From a bacterium HR10 (GTDB lineage: Bacteria > Acidobacteriota > Blastocatellia > HR10), in contig BEHM01000017.1 of the NCBI GenBank assembly GCA_002923315.1, positions 1,000 through 64,999 of the forward strand: a DNA stretch of 64,000 nucleotides. The letters run 5' to 3'. This document shows positions 36,404 through 45,544 of this stretch, in pieces; positions within the stretch are counted from its first letter, which is position 1, and each line of letters begins with the position of its first letter. Both the position numbers and the translations under genes were made by a program. The notes below the pieces were generated by a model. The model did no database searches, was not told where the DNA came from, and saw only the letters and a program-made list of their open reading frames with translations.

Positions 36404-36663
36404 CAGCTCCCATACGAACAGGCGTCTTCTTCCACCTGCACGGACTCCTCGCAGAGCCGCCGTGATGACCTCCGCCCGAGCCCCCTCTTCCGTCATGATG
36501 TTCCGCACGAAGTCGAGGAATCCCTCTCGCCCGATTCTGAGAGGTGGTTCGCCCCGCCCTCCCCTCATAAGGAGGCCAGCGGCTTCCCTTCACTCCCGAG
36601 AAGGGGAACTCCACACCGGGAAGAGTGCTCATCAGAGTGACGAATCCACACTCCTGGGACCGT

Positions 36664-37860
36664 TCAAGCAGTCGGCGCGTATCTTCGAAGAAAGCCGTCG
36701 TAGAGGCGGCGGAGGTGCAGACGTGGATTCGCGAGAAAATCTTGCGGAGCGATGTCAATCCACGTGAAGTCCGCGTGGGGGGGATGGCGCGGGACACCGC
36801 TCCAGGAGCGGACGACATCAACAGTGGGTTTGGGTGTGCCGTCGGCGCGCCAGAGGCCGAAGTATCGCTCATGAGGGGCCTCATCAAAGGGCGGGCGAGC
36901 ACTGAGCTCCGGCGCGTAGTCGCTGTAGCACCAGAGCAAAGCACCAATGAATCCGAAGCGGTGCAGGAGCGCCAGGGCCTCGCCCGTGAACCGCGCGGCT
37001 TCTTCCTCCTCAAGCAGCGGGATGCGCGAGAGCAGCTGCTCGCCAGCGGGGCGCGTGGGCGCACCGAATTCCTCAAACAGCAGATCGCGACCATCGCCCA
37101 GCCAGCGGGTGATGAGGCCGAGGAAAGGAAGGAGCCAAGCATCCGTCGGCCCGCGCGCCCAATCCGCATAAACCGGATAGCCGTGCATCGAGAGCAGATC
37201 GCACGCGCGCGCCACTTCAGCCGGGCCCAGGTGCCGATCCTCTTCCAGGTCCTCCATGTGAAGGCCCAGTGTGATCGGATGAGAGGAACCGGCAGCGCGA
37301 ATCTCCGCGACCATGCGCTCGAGCCATCCCAGGCCGGATTCGCGCGAAGGGGGGATCGTGCAATTTGAGGGTTCGTTCCCCAGGTCCCACCCCCAGAGGG
37401 CGGGGTGCCCGCAGAGCGCGCTCGCGACATGACGCGCCAATTGCGCTTGAGCCTCCAGGAGGCGCGCATCCGCATACCAGTTTTTCGGACGAGCCGGGAC
37501 GACGCGATCACCTGCGATCGTCCGAAAGCGCCAGGGGCGATCGCTCGGCTCACACGCCCACAGGGGTATCCAATTGGCGCCGCTCATATGACCGGTGAAG
37601 AGGGTGGGCAGAAGTTGCAGATGGTGACGCGCCGCCAGATCGGCGACCACGCGCAGCCGTTCGATCGCCTCCGGCGCGATGCGCTCCGGCGCGGGCTGAA
37701 AGTCCTCCCAGAGGAGGAAGAGGCGAACGAGATCGAATCCGGCTTCTCGAAGGCGGGCGAAGTCGCGCTCGACCTCTTCGGCCTCGAACGCGCGCCACCA
37801 GGACATGGCCCGGCGCGCGGGCCAATAATTGATGCCGAGTCGAAACGCACCCTCCGTCAT
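36664..37860 (-). CDS. Clan GH-A glycoside hydrolase (GH5/GH113-like, beta-mannanase-like), no signal peptide
   Basis: Track ORF 36664..37959 trimmed to ATG 37860 (MTEGAFRLGINYWP). Acid/base motif WDLGNEP and nucleophile motif LLFEEFG. Confidence 0.75.
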   Translation of the reverse strand: MTEGAFRLGINYWPARRAMSWWRAFEAEEVERDFARLREAGFDLVRLFLLWEDFQPAPERIAPEAIERLRVVADLAARHHLQLLPTLFTGHMSGANWIPLWACEPSDRPWRFRTIAGDRVVPARPKNWYADARLLEAQAQLARHVASALCGHPALWGWDLGNEPSNCTIPPSRESGLGWLERMVAEIRAAGSSHPITLGLHMEDLEEDRHLGPAEVARACDLLSMHGYPVYADWARGPTDAWLLPFLGLITRWLGDGRDLLFEEFGAPTRPAGEQLLSRIPLLEEEEAARFTGEALALLHRFGFIGALLWCYSDYAPELSARPPFDEAPHERYFGLWRADGTPKPTVDVVRSWSGVPRHPPHADFTWIDIAPQDFLANPRLHLRRLYDGFLRRYAPTA

Positions 37861-37870
37861 GGCTGCCGCT

Positions 37871-38890
37871 TCAGCGCGAACCGCGCTGCTGAAGGATCGC
37901 CTCGTAGACGCGCAAGTATTCCTCCACCATGCGATCGCGGCTGAAGTGCTCAGCGACATGCTGGCGAATGCGCGCGCGATCGAGCTCGGGCACGCGCCGG
38001 ACAGCTTCGACGGCGTCTTCGATGGTCTCCACGATGAATCCGGTTTCGCCGTGTCGGATGATCTCCGGGACGGCGCCGCGTCCGCGGGCGATCACCGGCG
38101 TGCCGCAGGCCATCGCCTCGATCATGCTCAGGCCGAAGGGCTCCTCGAAGTTGATCAGGTGCAGTAGGGCCAGCGCGCGGCCGAGCACTTCGTCTCGACG
38201 ATCGGGCCCGACCGAGCCGATATATTGAATCTGCCCATCGAGCTTCGGCGCGACTTCGCGTTCGAAATACGCCGGGTCCTGGACGATGCCCGCGATGACC
38301 AGCGGCAACCCCGTGCGCCGGGCGACCTCGATGGCTTCGGCCGTGCCCTTCTCATGATGAATGCGGCCGAAAAAGAGCAGGTACTCCCCCTGCTCGATGC
38401 GCAGGGTGAACTCCTCCAGCGGGATGCCGTGGTGGATCGTCGCGATGTAGTCGAGCTGTGGGCGGCGATCGGCCCAGCTGATGGCCACATAGTAGGTCCG
38501 CCCGTTGTACTTCTCGTAGACGGGCAGGATGCGTTCGGAAGAGAAGCCGTGGATCGTCGTCAGCACGGGAGTGCGCACGAGCCCGCTGTAGGTGAGGGGG
38601 AGGAAGTCGAAGTGATTGTGGATGAGGTCGAACTCCGCGGCGCGCTCGAAGACGGCGGAGATGTGGAGGCATTCCCAGACCTTCGGGTCGAGCGTGGGAT
38701 CCTCCGAATACGGGCGCGGGCAGACGGCCACCAGCCGCGCGCGGGTGATCGAATCGGCTGTGGCGAAGAGCGTGACGTCCACGCCGCGTTCGACCAAGCC
38801 CTCGGTCAACAGTGAGACGACGCGCTCCCACGGGCCGTAATGTCGCGGGGGGACGCGCCAGGAGATGGGAGCGAGCATGGCGATGCGCAT
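37871..38890 (-). CDS. Glycosyltransferase family 4
   Basis: Track ORF 37871..39019 trimmed to ATG 38890 (MRIAMLAPISWRVPP), with GAGGAGG 5 nt upstream inside the end of the previous gene. EEPFGLSMIEAMACGTPVIA motif. Confidence 0.8.
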   Translation of the reverse strand: MRIAMLAPISWRVPPRHYGPWERVVSLLTEGLVERGVDVTLFATADSITRARLVAVCPRPYSEDPTLDPKVWECLHISAVFERAAEFDLIHNHFDFLPLTYSGLVRTPVLTTIHGFSSERILPVYEKYNGRTYYVAISWADRRPQLDYIATIHHGIPLEEFTLRIEQGEYLLFFGRIHHEKGTAEAIEVARRTGLPLVIAGIVQDPAYFEREVAPKLDGQIQYIGSVGPDRRDEVLGRALALLHLINFEEPFGLSMIEAMACGTPVIARGRGAVPEIIRHGETGFIVETIEDAVEAVRRVPELDRARIRQHVAEHFSRDRMVEEYLRVYEAILQQRGSR

Positions 38891-38892
38891 CT

Positions 38893-39846
38893 TCAGCCTC
38901 CTCTCAAGAGCCAGTCGAGCATCTCGCGCACCTGGCCGATGGCGAGGGCGATCGAGGTATCCGCCGCGCCGTAGTAGAGGCGCAACTCGCCGGTCTTGGG
39001 GTCGAGGATCGCGCCGCACGGGAAGACGACGTCGGCCACATCGCCCACGCGCTCATAGGGCGCGTCAGGGCCGAAGATCCACTCATCGCTGCGGCGGATG
39101 ACGCGGCGCGGGTCCTCCAGATCAAGCAGGGCCAGACCGAGGCGGTAGAGACATCCGGCCGGCGTCAGGCGCACCCCGTGATAGATGATGAGCCAGCCTT
39201 CGGGCGTCTCGATCGGTGGAGGCGAGAGCCCGATCTTGTTCGCATCCCACCAGGCGCCTTGCCGCGCTTCGAGCAGAACGGCGTGATCACCCCAATGCTT
39301 GAGATCGGGCGAGAACGAGATCCAGATGTTCGCCCGCGTCGTCGGATATGTCGAGATGGGGCGATGGATGAGCGCCCATCGTCCATGGAATCGTCGAGGG
39401 AAGAGCGCCGCATCCTTATCCTCCGGCGGCATGATCACCCCCCGGCGCTCGAAGACCCGGAAATCACGCGTGAGGGCCAGCGAGACCAAGGGCCCGCTCG
39501 TCGAGAACGCGGTGTACGTGATGGCGTAGCGCTCCAGCTCCTCAATCCAGGTGATCCGCGGATCCTCGATCCCCCACACCTCCTCGGGATAGTGCTCCGG
39601 ATCCGGCAGGAGCGTCGGCTGCGGATCAATCTGCCAGTTCGTGATCCCATCCCGGCTCCGAGCCACAGTCAAGTGTGAGATGCCGCGCCGGTCCTCGACG
39701 CGAACCAGAAGCAGTGTCTCGCCGCTTGGCAGAAGTGTCGCTCCGGCGTTGAAGACGCTGTTAGCCGGATAGGGCCAGTCGGCTGTCGTGAGAATCGGAT
39801 TGCCCTCGTAGCGTCGCAGGAGCTCGCGAAATTTGTTCTTCTTCAT
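38893..39846 (-). CDS. GH130-family beta-mannoside phosphorylase/glycosidase-like protein, paralog A
   Basis: Track ORF 38893..39954 trimmed to ATG 39846 (GGGAGGA 6 nt upstream). MKKNKFRELLRRYEGNPILTTADWPYPANSVFNAGA, GIEDPRI. Confidence 0.85.
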   Translation of the reverse strand: MKKNKFRELLRRYEGNPILTTADWPYPANSVFNAGATLLPSGETLLLVRVEDRRGISHLTVARSRDGITNWQIDPQPTLLPDPEHYPEEVWGIEDPRITWIEELERYAITYTAFSTSGPLVSLALTRDFRVFERRGVIMPPEDKDAALFPRRFHGRWALIHRPISTYPTTRANIWISFSPDLKHWGDHAVLLEARQGAWWDANKIGLSPPPIETPEGWLIIYHGVRLTPAGCLYRLGLALLDLEDPRRVIRRSDEWIFGPDAPYERVGDVADVVFPCGAILDPKTGELRLYYGAADTSIALAIGQVREMLDWLLRGG

Positions 39847-39956
39847 GAGCGTTCCTCCCTCGCGCGAAGGTGAGAGGCGCGCACTCGGACGTGCGACCGA
39901 TTTAGATGCGAGTGGGAGAGGCCGCGATGGTCGTCCGGAAGAGGCGACGCGCATAG

Positions 39957-40922
39957 TCAGCAGGGAGCTTCAGGCAGGGTCTCCGACGGGCAGCGCTTCA
40001 GGTGTTCCAGGACCTCGTCGAGCGCGGCCGTGGCCAAGCACACAGTCGTATCCGCAGCGCCGTAGTAGAGGCGCAACAGGCGGGTGGAGCGTTCGAGGAT
40101 CGCCCCCGTGGGGAAGACGACGCCGGGGACATCGCCCCGACGCTCGTAGTCCTCATGAGGGGCGAAGACCCACGTCTCGGTCCGGCGGATGACCTTCCAG
40201 GGATAGTCCAGGTCCAACAGCGCGAGTCCGACGCGATAGAGGCTGCCGGAGGCCGTCACCCGCACGCCGTGATAGATGATGAGCCATCCCTCAGGCGTTT
40301 CGATCGGCGGCGGGCCCAGCCCCACGCGGTGCGAATCCCACCAGCCGGGCCGAGCCGGAATCAGAATCTGATGCTCGCCCCAGTAGCGCAAATCGGGCGA
40401 GGTGGAGATCCAAATATGCGCCTCGCCCCGAATGATGGGCCGATGCAGCAGGACGTATCGGTCCCGGATCATTCGGGGGAAGAGCGATGCGTCCTTATCC
40501 TCTGGAGGCAGGAGCGGGCCGACGCGCCGGAAATCCCGAAAGTCTCGGGTCAGCGCCAGGGAGATGAGCGGCCCACCGCGAGAGAACGAGACATAGGTGA
40601 TGGCGTATTCCTGCCGTTCCGGGAGCCAGACGATGCGGGGGTCTTCGATCCCCCAGCATTCCTCCTTGTAGCGCGCATCGGGTTCGAGCGTCGGCCGAGG
40701 CTCGATCCGCCAGTTGGTCCGTCCATCTCGACTGCGCGCGAGCGTCAGGTGCGAGAATCCTCGCAAGTCTTCGACGCGGACCAAGAGGAGCGTCTCCCCC
40801 TCATGCTCGATCGCCCCCGGATTGAAGACGGCGTTGGCCGGATAGGGCCAATCCGCCGGGGTGAGGATCGGGTTCCCCTCATAGCGGCGGAAGAGCAGCG
40901 ATGGGGCGCGCCATTCCATCAT
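39957..40922 (-). CDS. GH130-family beta-mannoside phosphorylase/glycosidase-like protein, paralog B
   Basis: Track ORF, 321 aa. LLFRRYEGNPILTPADWPYPANAVFNPGA, GIEDPRI. Alignable end to end with paralog A. The start abuts the stop of the upstream GT4 fusion gene. Confidence 0.85.
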   Translation of the reverse strand: MMEWRAPSLLFRRYEGNPILTPADWPYPANAVFNPGAIEHEGETLLLVRVEDLRGFSHLTLARSRDGRTNWRIEPRPTLEPDARYKEECWGIEDPRIVWLPERQEYAITYVSFSRGGPLISLALTRDFRDFRRVGPLLPPEDKDASLFPRMIRDRYVLLHRPIIRGEAHIWISTSPDLRYWGEHQILIPARPGWWDSHRVGLGPPPIETPEGWLIIYHGVRVTASGSLYRVGLALLDLDYPWKVIRRTETWVFAPHEDYERRGDVPGVVFPTGAILERSTRLLRLYYGAADTTVCLATAALDEVLEHLKRCPSETLPEAPC

Positions 40923-43289
40923 CTACTCGAACGCCGACAAGGTCCGTCCCTCCGCATCCGCGGCCGCGGAGAATCGGGTCTCCGTGGACTCCAGCTCGAT
41001 CGGCGCCACTCGAAGGCCTTCGCTCCGCTGCGCCTCTTGCTGAGCGACCGTGAGGAAGGCGAGCATGCAGCAGATCGCTGACTCCGCTCCCTGGTTCATG
41101 CTCGGGCCTTGAGGCTCCAACCCATCGGCGCACGCGCCCGTGCTCAGATCATAGAGCCGGGCGCCGAGCCGATTCCGCCCGAGCAACCACTCGGCCGCCG
41201 CGCGCGCCAATTCCAGGTAGCGTTGCTCTTGCGTCAACTTGAATGCCGTCAGGCAGGCCTCGGCCGTGTACCCGGCTTCGATCGGTTGCTGACTGAAGAT
41301 CGCGCGTTCGCCCCCGCGCCGATACCACCCCTGGTTCCCGATGAAATCGAAGTAGTCGTTGTGATAGGTCTGTGCGATCAGGAAATCCAGGGATTCAAGG
41401 CCAACGCGTTTGAACTCCTCCTCCCCCGTCGCGCGATAGGCCAGCAGGAGCGCCTGCGGGATCTTCGCGTTCCCGTAAGTCAACGCGTCCTGGAACCAGA
41501 GCCAGTCCTCCGCCCGATTCTGGACGTAGAGCTCCAGCAGTTGCGTCGCCAGCTCCGTCAACCGGCGGCGAACTTGCGCCGCACCGTCATAGCGGAGCAG
41601 GAAGTTGTAGAGGCCGCAGATCGCATAGGCGATCGCCCGGGGATGCCTCAGCGCAAGCTGTGGAAACGCGCGCTCGAACATCTCGCGGGCGAGGGCGCGC
41701 ATCCCCTCGTTCGGGCTGTAGGCGATGGCTGCGCCCAATCCCCACAGAGCACGCCCGAGCGTATCCTCCGATCCCACGTCATCGGTGAAGCGGCGCGTGT
41801 AGTCCATGAAGTTGTGGAAGCGCCCGTCCGGAAGCTGCGCGTAATGCAGGAAGCTCAGATATCGCACGGCCAGAGGGAGCGCCGCCTCATCCCCGAATTG
41901 ATGATGGTGCAGCAACGTCACGACCAGAGCCCGACCGACATCGTCGGTCGAATAGCCATAGCGCCGATCTGGAATGCCGTAGGTCGCATGCTGGATCAAT
42001 CCGGTATCGTCGGTCAGGCGGATCAGGTGGTCGAGCTTGATCTCCGGCAGCTCATAACCCGCGCTGAAGGCCTTGCGGAGCGAGAGCGTGACGGCCTTGG
42101 CCGGCGCATAGGCCGAGATCCGCTCAAAGAGCGCGAGATAGTGCCTGCCGACTTCGGGCCAAATCATCTGCCGCCCGAACTCATAGGCCCGCTTGCGCAT
42201 CTGGTGACGCAGGGGCTCGTTCTCGATCAGCTCCAAGAGCGCCTGCTGCAGGCCCCTCACATCCCCGAACTCCACGAGCCGTCCCCGGTTCTCGGCCAAC
42301 AGCTCCTCGGCGTAATAGTACGGGGTCGAGATGACGGCCTTCCCCATGCCGATGGCATAGGCGAGCGTCCCGCTCACGACCTGCTCCTTCGATTGATACG
42401 GCGTGATGTAGATATCGCATGCGCCGATGAATTCGCACAGCTCGCTCAGCTCCACATACCGATTGAAGAAGAGGACGTGTTCCTCCAGCCCCAATTGCTG
42501 CACGCGCCGTTGGAGGAAGAGGCGATATTCCTCACCCTCCTTCCGCTTCACGACGGGATGCGTCGCACCGAGCACGATGTAGACGACCTCGGGATGTCGG
42601 GCCACAATCTCCGGCAGCGCCTCCAGCACCATCTCGATCCCCTTGTTGCGGTTCAAGAGGCCGAAGGTGAGCAACACCAGTCGTCCCTCGACGCCGAACT
42701 TGTCCTTGTAGTAGTTCGGATCCACGAAGGGGACATTCGGGACGCCATGATGGATGAGGCTGACCTTCTCCTCACTGACGCCATAGACATCCCGAAGGAT
42801 GGGGATGGCCTTGCTGTTCATCACCACGAGATGATCCGAAGCGCGGGCGATCTGCCTCAAGACCTCCCGGTAGCTCGGCGGCGGGTTGAAGAGGACCGTG
42901 TGCAGTGTCGTCACGATCGGTTTGCGCAGTGACTCCAAGAAGTCGAGCACATACCGGCCCTGCTGCCCGCCGAAGATCCCGAATTCGTGCTGGAGGCAGA
43001 GGACATCGGCGCCGGAGAGGTTCGTATACTCCGCCGCCAGCCGATAATCGCTCAGACGATTGTGCCGGATCTCGAAGACGACCTCCGGCGGATAATCGTA
43101 TCCCTCCGGCGTGTCCGTCATGGCGATGACCGACGCCTGCACGTCCGAGTGGTGCTCGAGGATCGCATGGCAGAGGTCATACGTGAACGTCGCGATCCCG
43201 CATTCGCGCGGCGGATACGTGCCGATGAAGCAGACTTTCAAACGCCGCTTCCCTTTCTTGCGCGTTCTGGTCGTGTGCGCGGAGGCCAT
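40923..43289 (-). CDS. GT4 glycosyltransferase fused to an approximately 390-aa C-terminal helical (six-hairpin-like) domain of unknown function
   Basis: Track ORF, 788 aa. N-half LKVCFIGTYPPRECGIATFTYDL...E-x7-E region. The C-half is rich in W/Y/L helical repeats (ALWGLGAAIAY, IAYAICGLYNFL, NAKIPQALLLAY, AEWLLG), which resembles (alpha/alpha)6 barrels; the fold call is inference. Confidence 0.8.
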   Translation of the reverse strand: MASAHTTRTRKKGKRRLKVCFIGTYPPRECGIATFTYDLCHAILEHHSDVQASVIAMTDTPEGYDYPPEVVFEIRHNRLSDYRLAAEYTNLSGADVLCLQHEFGIFGGQQGRYVLDFLESLRKPIVTTLHTVLFNPPPSYREVLRQIARASDHLVVMNSKAIPILRDVYGVSEEKVSLIHHGVPNVPFVDPNYYKDKFGVEGRLVLLTFGLLNRNKGIEMVLEALPEIVARHPEVVYIVLGATHPVVKRKEGEEYRLFLQRRVQQLGLEEHVLFFNRYVELSELCEFIGACDIYITPYQSKEQVVSGTLAYAIGMGKAVISTPYYYAEELLAENRGRLVEFGDVRGLQQALLELIENEPLRHQMRKRAYEFGRQMIWPEVGRHYLALFERISAYAPAKAVTLSLRKAFSAGYELPEIKLDHLIRLTDDTGLIQHATYGIPDRRYGYSTDDVGRALVVTLLHHHQFGDEAALPLAVRYLSFLHYAQLPDGRFHNFMDYTRRFTDDVGSEDTLGRALWGLGAAIAYSPNEGMRALAREMFERAFPQLALRHPRAIAYAICGLYNFLLRYDGAAQVRRRLTELATQLLELYVQNRAEDWLWFQDALTYGNAKIPQALLLAYRATGEEEFKRVGLESLDFLIAQTYHNDYFDFIGNQGWYRRGGERAIFSQQPIEAGYTAEACLTAFKLTQEQRYLELARAAAEWLLGRNRLGARLYDLSTGACADGLEPQGPSMNQGAESAICCMLAFLTVAQQEAQRSEGLRVAPIELESTETRFSAAADAEGRTLSAFE

Positions 43290-43328
43290 AGGAATGCTCC
43301 TTGTAACCGGCGAGATATCGCATGGGGA

Positions 43329-43358
43329 ATTTTAGCCAGGGGGATGGAAATGGGTCAA
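43329..43358 (-). promoter_or_regulatory. Promoter for the glycan operon: TTGACC-18-TAAAAT
   Basis: Minus strand reads ccTTGACCcatttccatccccctggcTAAAATtcccc...AAGGAGcattcctATG(43289). The -35 hexamer overlaps the UDG family 5 stop codon. Confidence 0.55.
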
Positions 43359-44125
43359 GGCACGGACTCGCTCAACGCCACTTCGTCCTGCATGGATGCG
43401 ACATCAGTCATATCGAGCAGCTCGCGGGCGCGGCGGAAGATCGTCTCGAACATCGGTTCGGTGAGCCTCCCCGTGAAGGTGTTCTGCTGGCTCGGGTGGA
43501 ACGAGGCGAGCAGCGTCAGCGTCGGTGTCAATGCCAGCTCCAGTCCGTGCCGGAAGCGTGGACGCGCGCCCGATCGTCTCGCCGCCGATGGGTGCAGCGC
43601 GCTGACCGCGCGAAGCACGGCCAGATAAGCGATCTGCCCCAAGGCGACGACGACGCGCACGCTTTTGAGAAGCGCCCACTCGCGCTCGAGAAAGGCGCGG
43701 CAGTTCCGCAGCTCCTCAGCCTGCGGCTTATTCTGCGGGGGCGCACAGCGAAGAGCGGCGGTGATGTAACAGTCGCGGAGTCGGAGACCGTCCTCGCGAT
43801 GTCGGGACTCAGGACGATCGGCGAAACCGAAGCGATGGAGCACGCGATAGAGCCACTCCCCGCTCCGATCGCCCGTGAACATGCGCCCGGTGCGATTCGC
43901 CCCATGAGCCGCCGGGGCCAATCCCACAATGAGGAGGCGGGCGTGAGGGTCTCCGAATCCGGGGACGGGTTTAGACCAGTACTCCCACTCGCGATATCGT
44001 CGGGGCTTGTGGCGCGCGACTTCTTCTCGCCACGCCACGAGGCGGGGACAGCGGCGGCACGCCACGAGCTCCGCTTGAAGCTCGGCGAGCTTCTGCTCCG
44101 CCGGCGAGGTGCAAGCCCCCATCAC
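43355..44125 (-). CDS. Family 5 (UDGb-type, Fe-S) uracil-DNA glycosylase
   Basis: Track ORF, 256 aa. CRRCPRL, GLAPAAHGANRTGRMFTGD (GLAPA instead of GE[AG]PG), LRCAPPQNKP...C and FHPSQQN. Confidence 0.8.
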   Translation of the reverse strand: MMGACTSPAEQKLAELQAELVACRRCPRLVAWREEVARHKPRRYREWEYWSKPVPGFGDPHARLLIVGLAPAAHGANRTGRMFTGDRSGEWLYRVLHRFGFADRPESRHREDGLRLRDCYITAALRCAPPQNKPQAEELRNCRAFLEREWALLKSVRVVVALGQIAYLAVLRAVSALHPSAARRSGARPRFRHGLELALTPTLTLLASFHPSQQNTFTGRLTEPMFETIFRRARELLDMTDVASMQDEVALSESVP

Positions 44126-44128
44126 CGT

Positions 44129-44530
44129 TCAGACATATTCGGCCGGGACGACGCGCCACTCCGCGGGCGGGCGATCGGGCGTATCGGGCAACCTCACGCC
44201 GTGGCGGCGCTCCCACTCCTCGGTCGGGACCATGTCAATGGCATCCCAGGGACAGCCGTCCAGGAACGTCCCATCGGGCCCTTTGCTCGTGCATTTGGCG
44301 CAGCCGATGCAGAGCGTCTTGTCCACCTCGATCCGCCCGAAAGGTGGATGCTCTTCGTCGGGCACCCAGAACATGCAGGCCTCGACCGGACAGTACTCGA
44401 CGCACACGGGCGTGCCCGCGCATCCAGTGCAGTTCTCATTGATGACAGCCAGGAGTTTCGGCTTACGCTTTCGCAGATCGGTGCGCCCGTGCGACATCGG
44501 CGCGCGTTTCTCGATGAGGACCGTGCTCAT
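44129..44530 (-). CDS. 2x[4Fe-4S] ferredoxin-domain protein
   Basis: Track ORF 44129..44701 trimmed to ATG 44530 (AAGGAGGTGATC directly upstream). CTGCAGTPVCVEYCP and CIGCAKC...GCP motifs. Confidence 0.8.
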   Translation of the reverse strand: MSTVLIEKRAPMSHGRTDLRKRKPKLLAVINENCTGCAGTPVCVEYCPVEACMFWVPDEEHPPFGRIEVDKTLCIGCAKCTSKGPDGTFLDGCPWDAIDMVPTEEWERRHGVRLPDTPDRPPAEWRVVPAEYV

Positions 44531-44573
44531 GATCACCTCCTTCTCGAACCCCGCCGCCGGTGCAGTGAAGACA

Positions 44574-45503
44574 TTATGGTACGGCATGAGCGTGTTCTCC
44601 CTCAAGCCCCGGGAACAACCCCGAAGCCCGCAAGATGGCGCGAATCTCCGCGCGCATCTTCTCATCGGGCGCAGGGAGCGGCGAGCGCGGCGGCCCGCCA
44701 TAGAATCCGAGCAGGTCCAGAGCCGCTTTCAATCCGCTGATCCCGAACTGCGTGGTGACGGCGCGCGCCACCGGCAGCAGCTTCAGTTGCCACGCCGCGG
44801 CTTGCGCCGCATCCCCATTGCGCGCCAGGCGCATGATCGTCAAGCACGCCTCCGGAGCGATACAGCCGACGGCCAAGATGGCGCCTTTCGCGCCCAAGGC
44901 CATCGCCGCCTGAAGCAATGCCGCCGATCCGGTGAGAACGCTGAAGTCCGACGGGACAAGGCGCAGGATCTCAGCCAACGTCGCCAAATTCCCTCCGCTA
45001 TCTTTGATCCCGATGATGTTGGGATGCTCGGCCAAGCGGGCGACCGTCTCCGGATCGAGCGCGATCCCCGTGAATTGCGGGACACTGTAGAGGAGGATCG
45101 GGATCGGCGAGGCATCGGCGATCCGGCGATAGTGCTCCAGGAGAACCCGGGGCGTGATCTGGTCCCGATAGTAATGCGGCGTCCCGACCAGCAGCGCATC
45201 CGCGCGCAAACTGGCCGCGCGCTGAGCGAAGTCCATAGCTTCGCGCGTAGCGTTATAGCTGGCGCCGACGATGAGCAGCTTATCGCCGGGGATCGCCTCG
45301 CGCGCCGTCTCGACCACCTTCCACCGTTCCCCCTCAGTGAGATGCACGAACTCCCCATTGGAGCCGAGGACGACGTATCCCGCGTAATCCCACCGATTCC
45401 ACCGCTCGATGTTCGCGCGAAGGCGATCATAGGCGACCTGTTCCCGCTCATCAAAAGGCGTGGGGATAGGGGGGAGAAGGCCGACGATGAGTCGTTTCAT
45501 CAT
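44574..45503 (-). CDS. DHDPS/N-acetylneuraminate-lyase-family class I aldolase or dehydratase
   Basis: Track ORF, 309 aa. PIPTPFDE..., GYVVLGSNGEFVHLT, YSVPQFTG and GIKDSGG (Schiff-base Lys) blocks. Confidence 0.8.
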   Translation of the reverse strand: MMKRLIVGLLPPIPTPFDEREQVAYDRLRANIERWNRWDYAGYVVLGSNGEFVHLTEGERWKVVETAREAIPGDKLLIVGASYNATREAMDFAQRAASLRADALLVGTPHYYRDQITPRVLLEHYRRIADASPIPILLYSVPQFTGIALDPETVARLAEHPNIIGIKDSGGNLATLAEILRLVPSDFSVLTGSAALLQAAMALGAKGAILAVGCIAPEACLTIMRLARNGDAAQAAAWQLKLLPVARAVTTQFGISGLKAALDLLGFYGGPPRSPLPAPDEKMRAEIRAILRASGLFPGLEGEHAHAVP

Positions 45504-45544
45504 GCACCTCCCGACAGCTCTCGCTCGTCATATGGCCCATCTTT

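Noticed and set aside
36628-36635. CUGAUGAG on the minus strand in the 260-nt non-coding gap after the GH-A gene, reminiscent of the hammerhead ribozyme core
   Set aside because: I could not find the required downstream GAAA/CGAAAC element or stems I to III around it. An 8-mer match alone is expected by chance.
36404-36663. Possible small gene or sRNA in the 260-nt gap between the convergent outer-membrane protein and GH-A genes
   Set aside because: The ORFs there (for example 36398..36640) are Ser/Pro/Arg-rich, lack Shine-Dalgarno sequences and show no codon bias. I saw only short direct repeats (CCACAC, GAGTG) and no convincing structure. Left unassigned.
41109-42932. 607-aa plus-strand ORF, plus 38812..39678 and 40002..41081
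   Set aside because: Antisense to the GT4 fusion, GH130 and GT4 genes of the glycan operon. Compositionally biased, with no start signals.
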